In this document: piece after piece, positions 28,776 through 36,276 of the stretch
How the letters are laid out: each line of letters opens with the position of its first letter
Numbering within the stretch: position 1 is the stretch's first letter
Assembly: GCA_045536565.1 (NCBI GenBank)
Contig: JAZSNU010000014.1
Coordinates: 1 to 36,276 of the forward strand
From: Clostridia bacterium
GTDB lineage: Bacteria > Bacillota > Clostridia > TANB77 > CAG-465
Direction: 5' to 3'
Length of the DNA stretch: 36,276 nt
Position numbers and translations under genes: made by a program
The notes under the pieces: generated by a model
What the model saw: only the letters and a program-made list of their open reading frames with translations
Databases searched by the model: none
What the model was told of the DNA's origin: nothing

Positions 28776-28804
28776 TTAAGAGAGGTTTAATTATCCTCTC
28801 TTAA
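28776..28804. terminator. Bidirectional terminator between xer and the LysM gene
   Basis: TTAAGAGAGG / CCTCTCTTAA perfect stem. Confidence 0.7.
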
Positions 28805-28823
28805 ATAATATTTTATAATGAAT

Positions 28824-29126
28824 TTAGTTATATAAAGGCACTTGTATTATTTTACCCTCAATAATTTCATTACTATTCAAATTATTAATTTCTTTTATAT
28901 CGTAAATAACCTCTTGTATATTTAAACTAGAATCTTCTTTGCAGATTGTACTTGAAATACCCCATAGAGTATCACCAGATTGTACAGTAAATTCAGTTGT
29001 TTTAATTTCTTTTTTACCAAATATTTGAGAAGTAAATATATTAAATATTATAAATGTAACCAATAAAAATAATATATTTCTAACTATTTTACCACCATCA
29101 ATTTTATATCTTTTTACTCTTTTCAT
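28824..29126 (-). CDS. YneA-like SOS cell division inhibitor (TM plus LysM)
   Basis: TM helix, TVQSGDTLWGIS...IKEINNLNSNEIIEGKIIQVP; two SOS boxes upstream; ATG 29126 after GAGGTG. Confidence 0.8.
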   Translation of the reverse strand: MKRVKRYKIDGGKIVRNILFLLVTFIIFNIFTSQIFGKKEIKTTEFTVQSGDTLWGISSTICKEDSSLNIQEVIYDIKEINNLNSNEIIEGKIIQVPLYN

Positions 29127-29144
29127 ATATATCACCTCTAAAAA

Positions 29145-29195
29145 GAACTGTTGTTCTTATGGTTATATTATAATACATGAACATTTGTTTGTCAA
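29145..29195 (-). promoter_or_regulatory. Sigma-A promoter with two LexA boxes
   Basis: GAAC-TGTT-GTTC (29145-29156) and GAAC-ATTT-GTTT (29179-29190); minus-strand TTGACA (29190-29195)-17 bp-TATAAT (29167-29172). Confidence 0.85.
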
Positions 29196-29264
29196 CATCT
29201 TTTTATAATTTTTTTAAATTTTTATAAATAATATTAAACATGAGGTTTTGCAAAGCGACCTAGA

Positions 29265-29320
29265 GGGATATACCCTAAGCAATAAAAATGTCTTAAAATG
29301 GGTTCTAGGACGCCTATTTT
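29265..29320 (+). repeat. Xer-locus motif copy C
   Basis: GGGATATACCCTAAGCAATAAAAATGTCTTAAAATGGGTTCTAGGACG...; direct repeat of copy B. Confidence 0.85.
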
Positions 29321-29396
29321 CACTAAGGTGATTATGAATCGTATAAAAAATTAACAGACATTATTAATACTATAAGTAATTTGCATTGATGGTTAT

Positions 29397-29430
29397 AACA
29401 GCTTAGATTAATTTCTAAGCTGTTTTTCTT
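29397..29430 (+). terminator. Plus-strand terminator-like hairpin with no annotated gene upstream
   Basis: AACAGCTTAGA / TCTAAGCTGTT stem with T run on the right side. Confidence 0.55.
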
Positions 29431-29433
29431 TAC

Positions 29434-29468
29434 AAAAAAGAAGAAATACATTTTATTGTATTTCTTCT
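29434..29468 (-). terminator. clpX terminator
   Basis: AGAAGAAATACA / TGTATTTCTTCT stem with A run on the left. Confidence 0.7.
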
Positions 29469-29476
29469 ATATATTC

Positions 29477-30760
29477 TTACTTTGCACTTTTTGAAGTAGT
29501 CTCTTTTCTTATATATGTTGGTTTTGCATTTTTTGTAACAACATCTTTTGTGATAATACATTTTTTGATTGTCTTATCAGATGGTACTTCATACATAGCA
29601 GTAAGCATAACCTTTTCAAGAATCGACCTAAGTCCTCTTGCACCAGTTTTTCTTTCTATGGCAAGATTAACTATTTCATCAAGTGCATCTTTTTCAAATT
29701 CTAAGACTACATCATCCATCTTAAACATTTTCTTATATTGCTTAATAATTGCATTCTTAGGTTTTGTTAATATGTCAATAAACGCTTTTCTATCTAATTG
29801 ACCAAGTGATGTTATAATAGGAAGTCTACCAACCAGTTCTGGAATTAAACCAAATTTAATTATGTCGTGAGGTAAAACTTCTGAGAATATAGATGCATAA
29901 TCTATTTCTTTTTTCTCTTTTATCTTAGCACCAAATCCCATTACCTTTTCACCAGTACGAGCCTCTATAAGTTTTTCTAAGCCTTCAAATGCACCTCCAC
30001 AAATAAATAATATGTTAGATGTATCTATTTTAATATATTCTTGTTGTGGATGTTTTCTTCCACCAGTAGGAGGTACTGCTGCAACCGTTCCTTCAATAAT
30101 TTTAAGTAGTGCTTGTTGAACTCCCTCACCACTTACATCTCTTGTAATAGATGGATTTTCAGATTTTCTAGATATTTTATCTAATTCATCTATATATATA
30201 ATACCTTTTTCTGCTTTTGATATATCATAATCAGCGGCTTGAATAAGTCTAAGTAAGATATTTTCTACATCTTCGCCAACATATCCAGCCTCAGTAAGTG
30301 TAGTAGCATCTGCTATTGCAAATGGAACTCTTAATACTTTGGCTAATGTTTGGGCTATAAGTGTTTTACCAGAACCAGTAGGTCCGATCATTAGGATATT
30401 ACTCTTTTGAAGTTCTACTTCATCTATTTTATCCATATTTTTTATTCTTTTATAATGATTGTATACAGCAACAGATAACACTTTTTTGGCCTCATGTTGT
30501 CCTATAACATATTCATCTAATATTTTATTAATATGTTCAGGCGAAGGTATTTCAGTATTTTCAATTACTTTTGCTTCAATTTCATTTAATTTATCTTCAT
30601 CTTGCATTATATCTTCTAATATAATACGATTACAAGTATCAATACAATCATCACATATAAATATCCCGTTTGGTCCTGCAATTATTTTATTAACTTCATC
30701 TTTATATCTACCACAAAATGAACAAAAAATATCAAAATCAGTATTTCTTTTCTTTGGCAT
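29477..30760 (-). CDS. clpX: ATP-dependent Clp protease ATP-binding subunit
   Basis: CSFCG zinc finger, [50 protein letters not shown]. Confidence 0.98.
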   Translation of the reverse strand: MPKKRNTDFDIFCSFCGRYKDEVNKIIAGPNGIFICDDCIDTCNRIILEDIMQDEDKLNEIEAKVIENTEIPSPEHINKILDEYVIGQHEAKKVLSVAVYNHYKRIKNMDKIDEVELQKSNILMIGPTGSGKTLIAQTLAKVLRVPFAIADATTLTEAGYVGEDVENILLRLIQAADYDISKAEKGIIYIDELDKISRKSENPSITRDVSGEGVQQALLKIIEGTVAAVPPTGGRKHPQQEYIKIDTSNILFICGGAFEGLEKLIEARTGEKVMGFGAKIKEKKEIDYASIFSEVLPHDIIKFGLIPELVGRLPIITSLGQLDRKAFIDILTKPKNAIIKQYKKMFKMDDVVLEFEKDALDEIVNLAIERKTGARGLRSILEKVMLTAMYEVPSDKTIKKCIITKDVVTKNAKPTYIRKETTSKSAK

Positions 30761-30774
30761 AATACGATATCCCC

Positions 30775-31371
30775 TTATAACTCATTTATACTTTTCATTA
30801 CTTCATCAATAAGCCCATATTCTTTTGCTTCTTCTGATGATAAAAAGTTATCTCTGTCTGTATCTTTTTCAACTTGTTCTAATGGTTTTCCTGTATTTTC
30901 ACTTAATATTTTATTTAATTTTTCTTTTACTTTAAGTAAATATTCAGTATGTATTTTAATATCACTTGCTTGACCTTGAACACCGCCTAATGGTTGATGA
31001 ATCATTATAGTAGCATTTGGAAGAGCAAATCTCTTTCCTTTTTTACCAGCGGCTAAAAGGAATGCTCCCATACTTGCTGCCATACCAGTACAAATAGTTG
31101 ACACATCTGATTTTATATATTGCATTGTGTCATATATGGCCATACCTGCTGTAACACTTCCACCAGGGCTATTTATGTATAAAAAGATATCTTTTCCAGG
31201 ATCTTCTGCATCTAAAAATAATAATTGTGCAACTATTAAAGATGCAGAAGCATCGTTTACCTCTTCTCCTAAAAATATAATTCTTTCCTTTAAAAGTCTA
31301 GAAAATATATCGTATGATCTTTCACCTTTACTTGTTTGTTCTATTACCATTGGTACTAAACTATTTCTCAT
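30775..31371 (-). CDS. clpP: Clp protease proteolytic subunit
   Basis: [40 protein letters not shown]; ATG 31371 after GGAGG. Confidence 0.98.
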   Translation of the reverse strand: MRNSLVPMVIEQTSKGERSYDIFSRLLKERIIFLGEEVNDASASLIVAQLLFLDAEDPGKDIFLYINSPGGSVTAGMAIYDTMQYIKSDVSTICTGMAASMGAFLLAAGKKGKRFALPNATIMIHQPLGGVQGQASDIKIHTEYLLKVKEKLNKILSENTGKPLEQVEKDTDRDNFLSSEEAKEYGLIDEVMKSINEL

Positions 31372-31398
31372 AATATGAAAACCTCCTAACAATATTTA

Positions 31399-32682
31399 TT
31401 ATTTTTCTACTGCATTTGAAACTAATATTTCAAGTAATTTTTCTTCTTCTATTCTACCTTTCATATATTGTCTTGCATTTTCGTTTGATTTTAAAGAATC
31501 AGAAGAACCATCACCATATTGAGCAGATAATTCATCTATTTTTTTATCAATTTCTTCTGCTGTTGCTTCAATATTTTCTTGTTTTGCAATGCTTTCCATA
31601 GCAAGTCTTATTTTAACTTGTTTTTCTGCATTTTCTTTAAATTGTGCTCTAATTGCTTCCATATCAACATTTAGCATTTGCATATATTGTTCAATAGTTA
31701 TTCCTTGATATGCTAAATTGTGTTCAAAATTGTGAACCATATTATCTATTTCCATTTCTATCATAGATTCTGGAATATTTGCACTTACTTTATCTGCTAA
31801 TTTTTCTATTACCTTATTTTCTCTTTCTGCTTTTGCCATTGATTTTTTAGAAGACTCTAATCTTTCTTTTACACTTTTTTTGTATTCTTCAAATGTATCA
31901 AATTCTGAAATATCTTTTGCAAATTCATCATCTAATGCTGGTAATTCTTTTCTTTTGATTTCATGTAATTTTATTTTAAATATTGTTTCTTTTCCAGCAA
32001 GTTCTGCACTATGATATTCTTCTGGGAAAGTAGTTGTTATATCTTTTTCTTCTCCTACTTTCATACCTATTATTTGTTCTTCAAATCCTGGAATAAAACT
32101 TCCTGAACCAATTTCAAGTTCATATTTTTCAGCTTTTCCACCATCAAATGCTTTTCCATCTAAGAAACCTTCAAAGTCTATAACTGCGATATCTTTATTT
32201 TGAACTTCTGTGTCTTCTACTGTTATAATTCTAGCATTTTTATCTTGAATCATTTCTAATTCTTTGTTTAAATCTTCATCTGTTACTTCTTCTGATACTT
32301 TTTTAATTTCAATTCCTTTATAGTCTTTAACTTCTACTTCTGGTTTAACATATACAGTAATAGTAAATTCTAAATCTTTATCTTTACCAATTTCTTTAAT
32401 ATCAACTTCTGGTCTAGATACTACAAATAAATCATTTTCTTTTATAGCTGCTTCATATTCTTTTTCAGCTGCTATATTAAATGCTTCATCATATAATACT
32501 CCTTCGCCATATGTTTTTTCAATTACATTTCTTGGAACTTTACCATTTCTAAATCCAGGGATTTTAAAATGCTTAGCATTTTTAGCAAATGCTTCATCTA
32601 ATGCTTTGCTAAAATCTTCTTTTGAAACTTTAAATTCCATTGTTACTTTTGAATTTTCTAATTTTTTTACTTCTACACTCAT
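31399..32682 (-). CDS. tig: Trigger factor
   Basis: IPGFRNGKVP ribosome-binding loop, FKBP domain FIPGFEEQ, FPEEYH; tig-clpP-clpX synteny. Confidence 0.97.
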   Translation of the reverse strand: MSVEVKKLENSKVTMEFKVSKEDFSKALDEAFAKNAKHFKIPGFRNGKVPRNVIEKTYGEGVLYDEAFNIAAEKEYEAAIKENDLFVVSRPEVDIKEIGKDKDLEFTITVYVKPEVEVKDYKGIEIKKVSEEVTDEDLNKELEMIQDKNARIITVEDTEVQNKDIAVIDFEGFLDGKAFDGGKAEKYELEIGSGSFIPGFEEQIIGMKVGEEKDITTTFPEEYHSAELAGKETIFKIKLHEIKRKELPALDDEFAKDISEFDTFEEYKKSVKERLESSKKSMAKAERENKVIEKLADKVSANIPESMIEMEIDNMVHNFEHNLAYQGITIEQYMQMLNVDMEAIRAQFKENAEKQVKIRLAMESIAKQENIEATAEEIDKKIDELSAQYGDGSSDSLKSNENARQYMKGRIEEEKLLEILVSNAVEK

Positions 32683-32788
32683 GTTTTTTCCTCCAATATG
32701 ATAATTTAACTATTTAATTATATCACAAATAACATAATTTGCAATACAAACGACAATATTTAGCATACTTTAACACCTCAAAAATTAG

Positions 32789-32821
32789 AAAAAACATCTT
32801 AGAAATATATTCTAAGATGTT
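32789..32821 (-). terminator. Terminator of the PurA-like gene
   Basis: AACATCTTAGAA / TTCTAAGATGTT perfect stem with A run on the left. Confidence 0.7.
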
Positions 32822-32827
32822 AAAACT

Positions 32828-33988
32828 TTAATTTTTAATAATTACTTTATCTGAATTCGAAAAAGATATATACTTTACAGGTACTTCTAAGAAAAACTCA
32901 ACAATAGCAACAAATTTTTTACAACTTTCCGGTAAATCACTATATTCACTAATTTTGGTATTTGAAATATCCCAGCCACCATATGATATAGGAAGATATA
33001 TAGGCTCACACTCTTCTAAATCATATGGAACATAATTAATAAACTTATCTTTATATCCATATGCACAACAAACACGCATATTATGATTTAATACTTTTCC
33101 TATAACATCAATATTGTTTATGCATATATTATCTATTTTATTAGTTAAACATGCATATCTAATAAATGCCAAATCTAGATAACCATATTTTTTACTTCCA
33201 TAAGAGCAATCAATTTCACTTTCAATATTTTCTAATTTTTGGGCACATTCTTCATCCATTATAGTAGGAAGATTTTCTGCACTATTAGTTGATGTGTATG
33301 CTTTCATTATTCCAATAACTTCTTTTACATTTGCTTCTGAAATGCCAACAGATGATAATTTATTTCCTATATCAGAAAATACCTGTGGACCTTGAACAAT
33401 AACTTTTTTATCTTTTTTTATTTGTTCATTTACATAGTAAGACACATCACACACGTATTCTTTCAAATGCTCATATATGGCAGTATATTCCTTAACTAAA
33501 TCAGATATAATGTTACATGCAGAGCCTTTTCCATCAAAAAATTTGTAAGAGTGTACAATTCTCGATATTTCACCTTTTAATTTTTCTGTATTAAATAAAT
33601 CATGCATTATAATATCACACTCATTTGCAGTATTAAGAACCTTACTGTTATATGATATTGTTATTTTTACTCTATCGCTAATTTTAAGATTGTCTGGCGA
33701 AACCTGTATACCTGCTTTTTTCAGTTCAGCAAATTCAAATATTAATTCCTGTAAATTAATGATATTTTCAGGTCCTATTACAGTCGTAATATTATTACAC
33801 AAGATCGATTCTGGTACTAGTTTTATTAAAGACTCATTACCATCGTTTAATGATACTTTGAATGATTTATTATTTAATAATGTTGTATGAACAACAATAT
33901 CAGCATTCTGATATTTGAATTTTGCAATTTTCCTTTTATCTTCATCTGCATATTGTAAACCTGTAAATACTGTTACATTTCTTTTCAT
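32828..33988 (-). CDS. Adenylosuccinate synthetase (PurA)-like protein, catalytically degenerate
   Basis: Colinear with PurA (GLQYADEDKRK, LKISDR, GIMKAYTS, GYLDL, CEPIY, GW, LPESCKKFV) but ligand-binding loops changed or deleted. Confidence 0.8.
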   Translation of the reverse strand: MKRNVTVFTGLQYADEDKRKIAKFKYQNADIVVHTTLLNNKSFKVSLNDGNESLIKLVPESILCNNITTVIGPENIINLQELIFEFAELKKAGIQVSPDNLKISDRVKITISYNSKVLNTANECDIIMHDLFNTEKLKGEISRIVHSYKFFDGKGSACNIISDLVKEYTAIYEHLKEYVCDVSYYVNEQIKKDKKVIVQGPQVFSDIGNKLSSVGISEANVKEVIGIMKAYTSTNSAENLPTIMDEECAQKLENIESEIDCSYGSKKYGYLDLAFIRYACLTNKIDNICINNIDVIGKVLNHNMRVCCAYGYKDKFINYVPYDLEECEPIYLPISYGGWDISNTKISEYSDLPESCKKFVAIVEFFLEVPVKYISFSNSDKVIIKN

Positions 33989-34041
33989 AATATTCTCCTC
34001 CTTAAATATATTAATATTAGGTTAAAATAAAAATTTATATA

Positions 34042-34070
34042 ATTATATCACGCTATGTGTGTTTTTTCAA
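34042..34070 (-). promoter_or_regulatory. Sigma-A promoter of the PurA-like gene
   Basis: Minus-strand TTGAAA-17 bp-TATAAT with TG. Confidence 0.65.
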
Positions 34071-34124
34071 ATATAAAATAAAAGCAAGTACATTTCGTAC
34101 TCACCTTTACTTTTCATACATACA

Positions 34125-34757
34125 TTAATACCAATCTGGCAAACTCACACCATGTAGTTTGAACCAAATTTCCTTAGCAGTCTTAATTCCACAATTTTTC
34201 ATTTCAACAATATCATCTGATGAAAGTTTCATGAGTTGCTCATAATGTATATAACCGTTACTTTTAAGGCAATTATATGCTCTTGTGCTAAATCCCAAAT
34301 CATCAATTGTTATTTCTGCTGTGTTTTTGCCACCTATTATTTTAGTATAATAAGCAATTTCTCTTTCAATTTCTTTTTTTCTAGTTTCTAATACTTGAAG
34401 TTTATGTGGTATATAGAATACTGACTTTTTATATGATAAATTCAAAAAAGCTCTATTAACCACTTGTCTAACTCTCTCGGTAGTAATACCATTTTCGTTA
34501 GCAATATAATGTAATGTTTTAGGTACACCATCATAAAGTCCATATTTATGCTTTAAGAATGTTCTCTCATTTCTTTTTAACATATCTATACACTTTTTCA
34601 ATTCTTCAAAAATCAAAGAATTTTCGGGGATTTGCATAGTTCCTAGAAGTTCAGTTGCTAATAAATAATAAATCTTTATGAGTCCATTTGGTATTGCATA
34701 CAAATCGCAAAATGCAGATATCATATTCCTTTGTACATCGTAATTACTCTTTTTCAT
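34125..34757 (-). CDS. Sigma70 region 4 plus RNA polymerase alpha-CTD fusion protein
   Basis: LKRNERTFLKHKYGLYDGVPKTLHYIANENGITTERVRQV (region 4 HTH); IDDLGFSTRAYNCLKSNG...MKNCGIKTAKEI (alpha-CTD). Confidence 0.8.
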   Translation of the reverse strand: MKKSNYDVQRNMISAFCDLYAIPNGLIKIYYLLATELLGTMQIPENSLIFEELKKCIDMLKRNERTFLKHKYGLYDGVPKTLHYIANENGITTERVRQVVNRAFLNLSYKKSVFYIPHKLQVLETRKKEIEREIAYYTKIIGGKNTAEITIDDLGFSTRAYNCLKSNGYIHYEQLMKLSSDDIVEMKNCGIKTAKEIWFKLHGVSLPDWY

Positions 34758-34809
34758 ATTAACCCTCCAATTTTTTATTAAAAAAATAACAGACTATACC
34801 AATAATATT

Positions 34810-34838
34810 ATTATATCACACTTTACATAAATTGTAAA
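34810..34838 (-). promoter_or_regulatory. Sigma-A promoter of the fusion gene, overlapped by an inverted repeat
   Basis: Minus-strand TTTACA-17 bp-TATAAT with TG; CTTTACA-N5-TGTAAAG at 34821-34839. Confidence 0.6.
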
Positions 34839-34863
34839 GTTAAAAAGTAGCAGGTATTTCCTA

Positions 34864-36276
34864 CTACTTAATTTCTTTAAAATTATCTTCTATTATTTTA
34901 TACATCCATCCTGCTGAGCCTGTATACCAAGTCCAACCACCTCTACCGACATGGTCGACATTTGAATAAACATCTGCTGCTATCACATATGGCTCTACTT
35001 TATATATATCTGCTATTTGTTTATTGTCAGAATGAGAAATTGGATTAAGTATTCTTAATATCTCTATTGCCTTATCCTTTTCATTTAGTTCAAAGTATGC
35101 TTTTGCAAGCCAAATAGCAGCATGAGTGTATTGTCCTCCATTTTCTCTTACCCCTGGAACATATGCTTTGATATAACCAGGATTGTTTACAGGATTGTCA
35201 AACGGAGGATATAGAAGTTTAACAATCATATTTTCTCTATCGACCAAATATTTTTCTGCGTATCTTAATGCAGATAATATTTCTTCTTTTGCATCTTTAT
35301 ATTTTTTAAGCGCAATTGCTGCCCAACATTGAGATATTAAGTCGATTTTGCAATCCTCACTTTTTTCAGAACCAAGAGGATCTCCATTTTCATAAAATGC
35401 CCTTGTAAAATAATTACCATCAAATGCAGATTCAAAAATTTTATGTTTTAGTATATGTCTTTCAGTCTTAAAATGCATTTTATCTACTTCATCTAACATT
35501 ATTTGAGCTATATCCGAAAATTTATCTAAAATATCCATCATGAAGAATGTAAGCCAGACCGATTCACCTCGAATATTGCTAAATCCGTCGTTCCAATCAC
35601 CATCTCCTATATCAAGAAGACCATGTATACCCTTTCTAGAAAGTCCATATTTAATTGCTCTAACACAATGTTCATATACCGTTCCAATATCGTTTGATGT
35701 ATTAAAAACATCATATATTTCTCTTCTATCTTGCATATCTACATCTTGTAAAAATGGTACTTTTTCATGAAGAATGCTTGCATCTTTGGTTATATTTACA
35801 TATTCTGCAACAACATATGGAAGCCATAAATAGTCATCGCTAAAATATGTTTTTATACCAGCATTACTATGTTCATGCCACCAGTGAAGTACATCACCTC
35901 TTTGGAATTGTTTTGACGCATGTTTTATTATTTGTTTTCTTGTAAATCCAGGCCAACTTCTAATAAGTGCCATTGAATCTTGCAGTTGGTCTCTAAATCC
36001 AAACGCTCCACCTGCTTGATAAAATCCTGTTCTTGCAAATAATCTAGATGCGATTGTTTGATACAAAAGCCAGCCATTTGCCATTATATCGATATATTGA
36101 TTTCCTGTACTAAAATTTTTAACAACTTTGCTTTCCCAATATTTTATGGTTTTTTTGTATTCATTTTCAACAGATATAATATCTGAATATTTTAGGATTA
36201 CTCTATCTATTAAATTATATTCTATTGTGCTGCCTAGAAGTATCACAAAATCAACGCATGAATTAGCCGGTATATC
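34864..36276 (-). CDS. GH94 glycoside phosphorylase, NdvB / cyclic beta-1,2-glucan synthase C-terminal type; 5' end outside the window
   Basis: YQAGGAFGFRDQLQD, HWWH, SDDYLWL, GDWNDG, GESVWL, GVRENGGQYTHAA, YKVEPYV, GRGGWTWYTGSAGW; frame open to the window edge. Confidence 0.9.
   Translation of the reverse strand, partial: DIPANSCVDFVILLGSTIEYNLIDRVILKYSDIISVENEYKKTIKYWESKVVKNFSTGNQYIDIMANGWLLYQTIASRLFARTGFYQAGGAFGFRDQLQDSMALIRSWPGFTRKQIIKHASKQFQRGDVLHWWHEHSNAGIKTYFSDDYLWLPYVVAEYVNITKDASILHEKVPFLQDVDMQDRREIYDVFNTSNDIGTVYEHCVRAIKYGLSRKGIHGLLDIGDGDWNDGFSNIRGESVWLTFFMMDILDKFSDIAQIMLDEVDKMHFKTERHILKHKIFESAFDGNYFTRAFYENGDPLGSEKSEDCKIDLISQCWAAIALKKYKDAKEEILSALRYAEKYLVDRENMIVKLLYPPFDNPVNNPGYIKAYVPGVRENGGQYTHAAIWLAKAYFELNEKDKAIEILRILNPISHSDNKQIADIYKVEPYVIAADVYSNVDHVGRGGWTWYTGSAGWMYKIIEDNFKEIK

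Noticed and set aside
32828-33988. PurZ (2-aminoadenine DNA pathway)
   Set aside because: PurZ keeps a functional glycine-rich P-loop and replaces the Asp with Ser; here the Asp is kept, the loops are lost, and no dATPase or phage polymerase neighbours are present
126-35770. Numerous 60-160 aa antisense ORFs in the track (e.g. 11975-12448, 22824-23165, 30459-30812)
   Set aside because: They are shadows of well-supported genes on the opposite strand, with no RBS or recognisable motifs

Overview
Very AT-rich chromosomal segment of a Clostridia-like (Bacillota) bacterium, most likely spanning the replication terminus. Almost all genes lie on + up to 28765 and all lie on - from 28824 onward. Core genes: rlmN-stp-prkC-rsgA-rpe, a pfkA-family kinase, lexA, spoVFB, rimO, rho, rpmE, prmC, whiA, hemW, polA, a lytic transglycosylase, yebC, tig-clpP-clpX and a partial GH94 phosphorylase. 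Between them sit small accessory units (terminator, near-consensus sigma-A promoter, orphan ORFs), including four WG-repeat-like paralogues and a tandem pair of 122-aa paralogues. At the strand switch is a XerC-family recombinase gene preceded by a near-palindromic 11-6-11 dif-like site (27454-27481) and surrounded by three copies of an unexplained 31-56 bp motif; next to it is an SOS-box-controlled YneA-like LysM gene. Other oddities are a sigma70 region 4 / RNAP alpha-CTD fusion and an intact PurA-like protein lacking nearly all ligand-binding loops. No rRNA, tRNA, CRISPR array or transposase was recognised. All calls come from reading motifs by eye; no searches were run.
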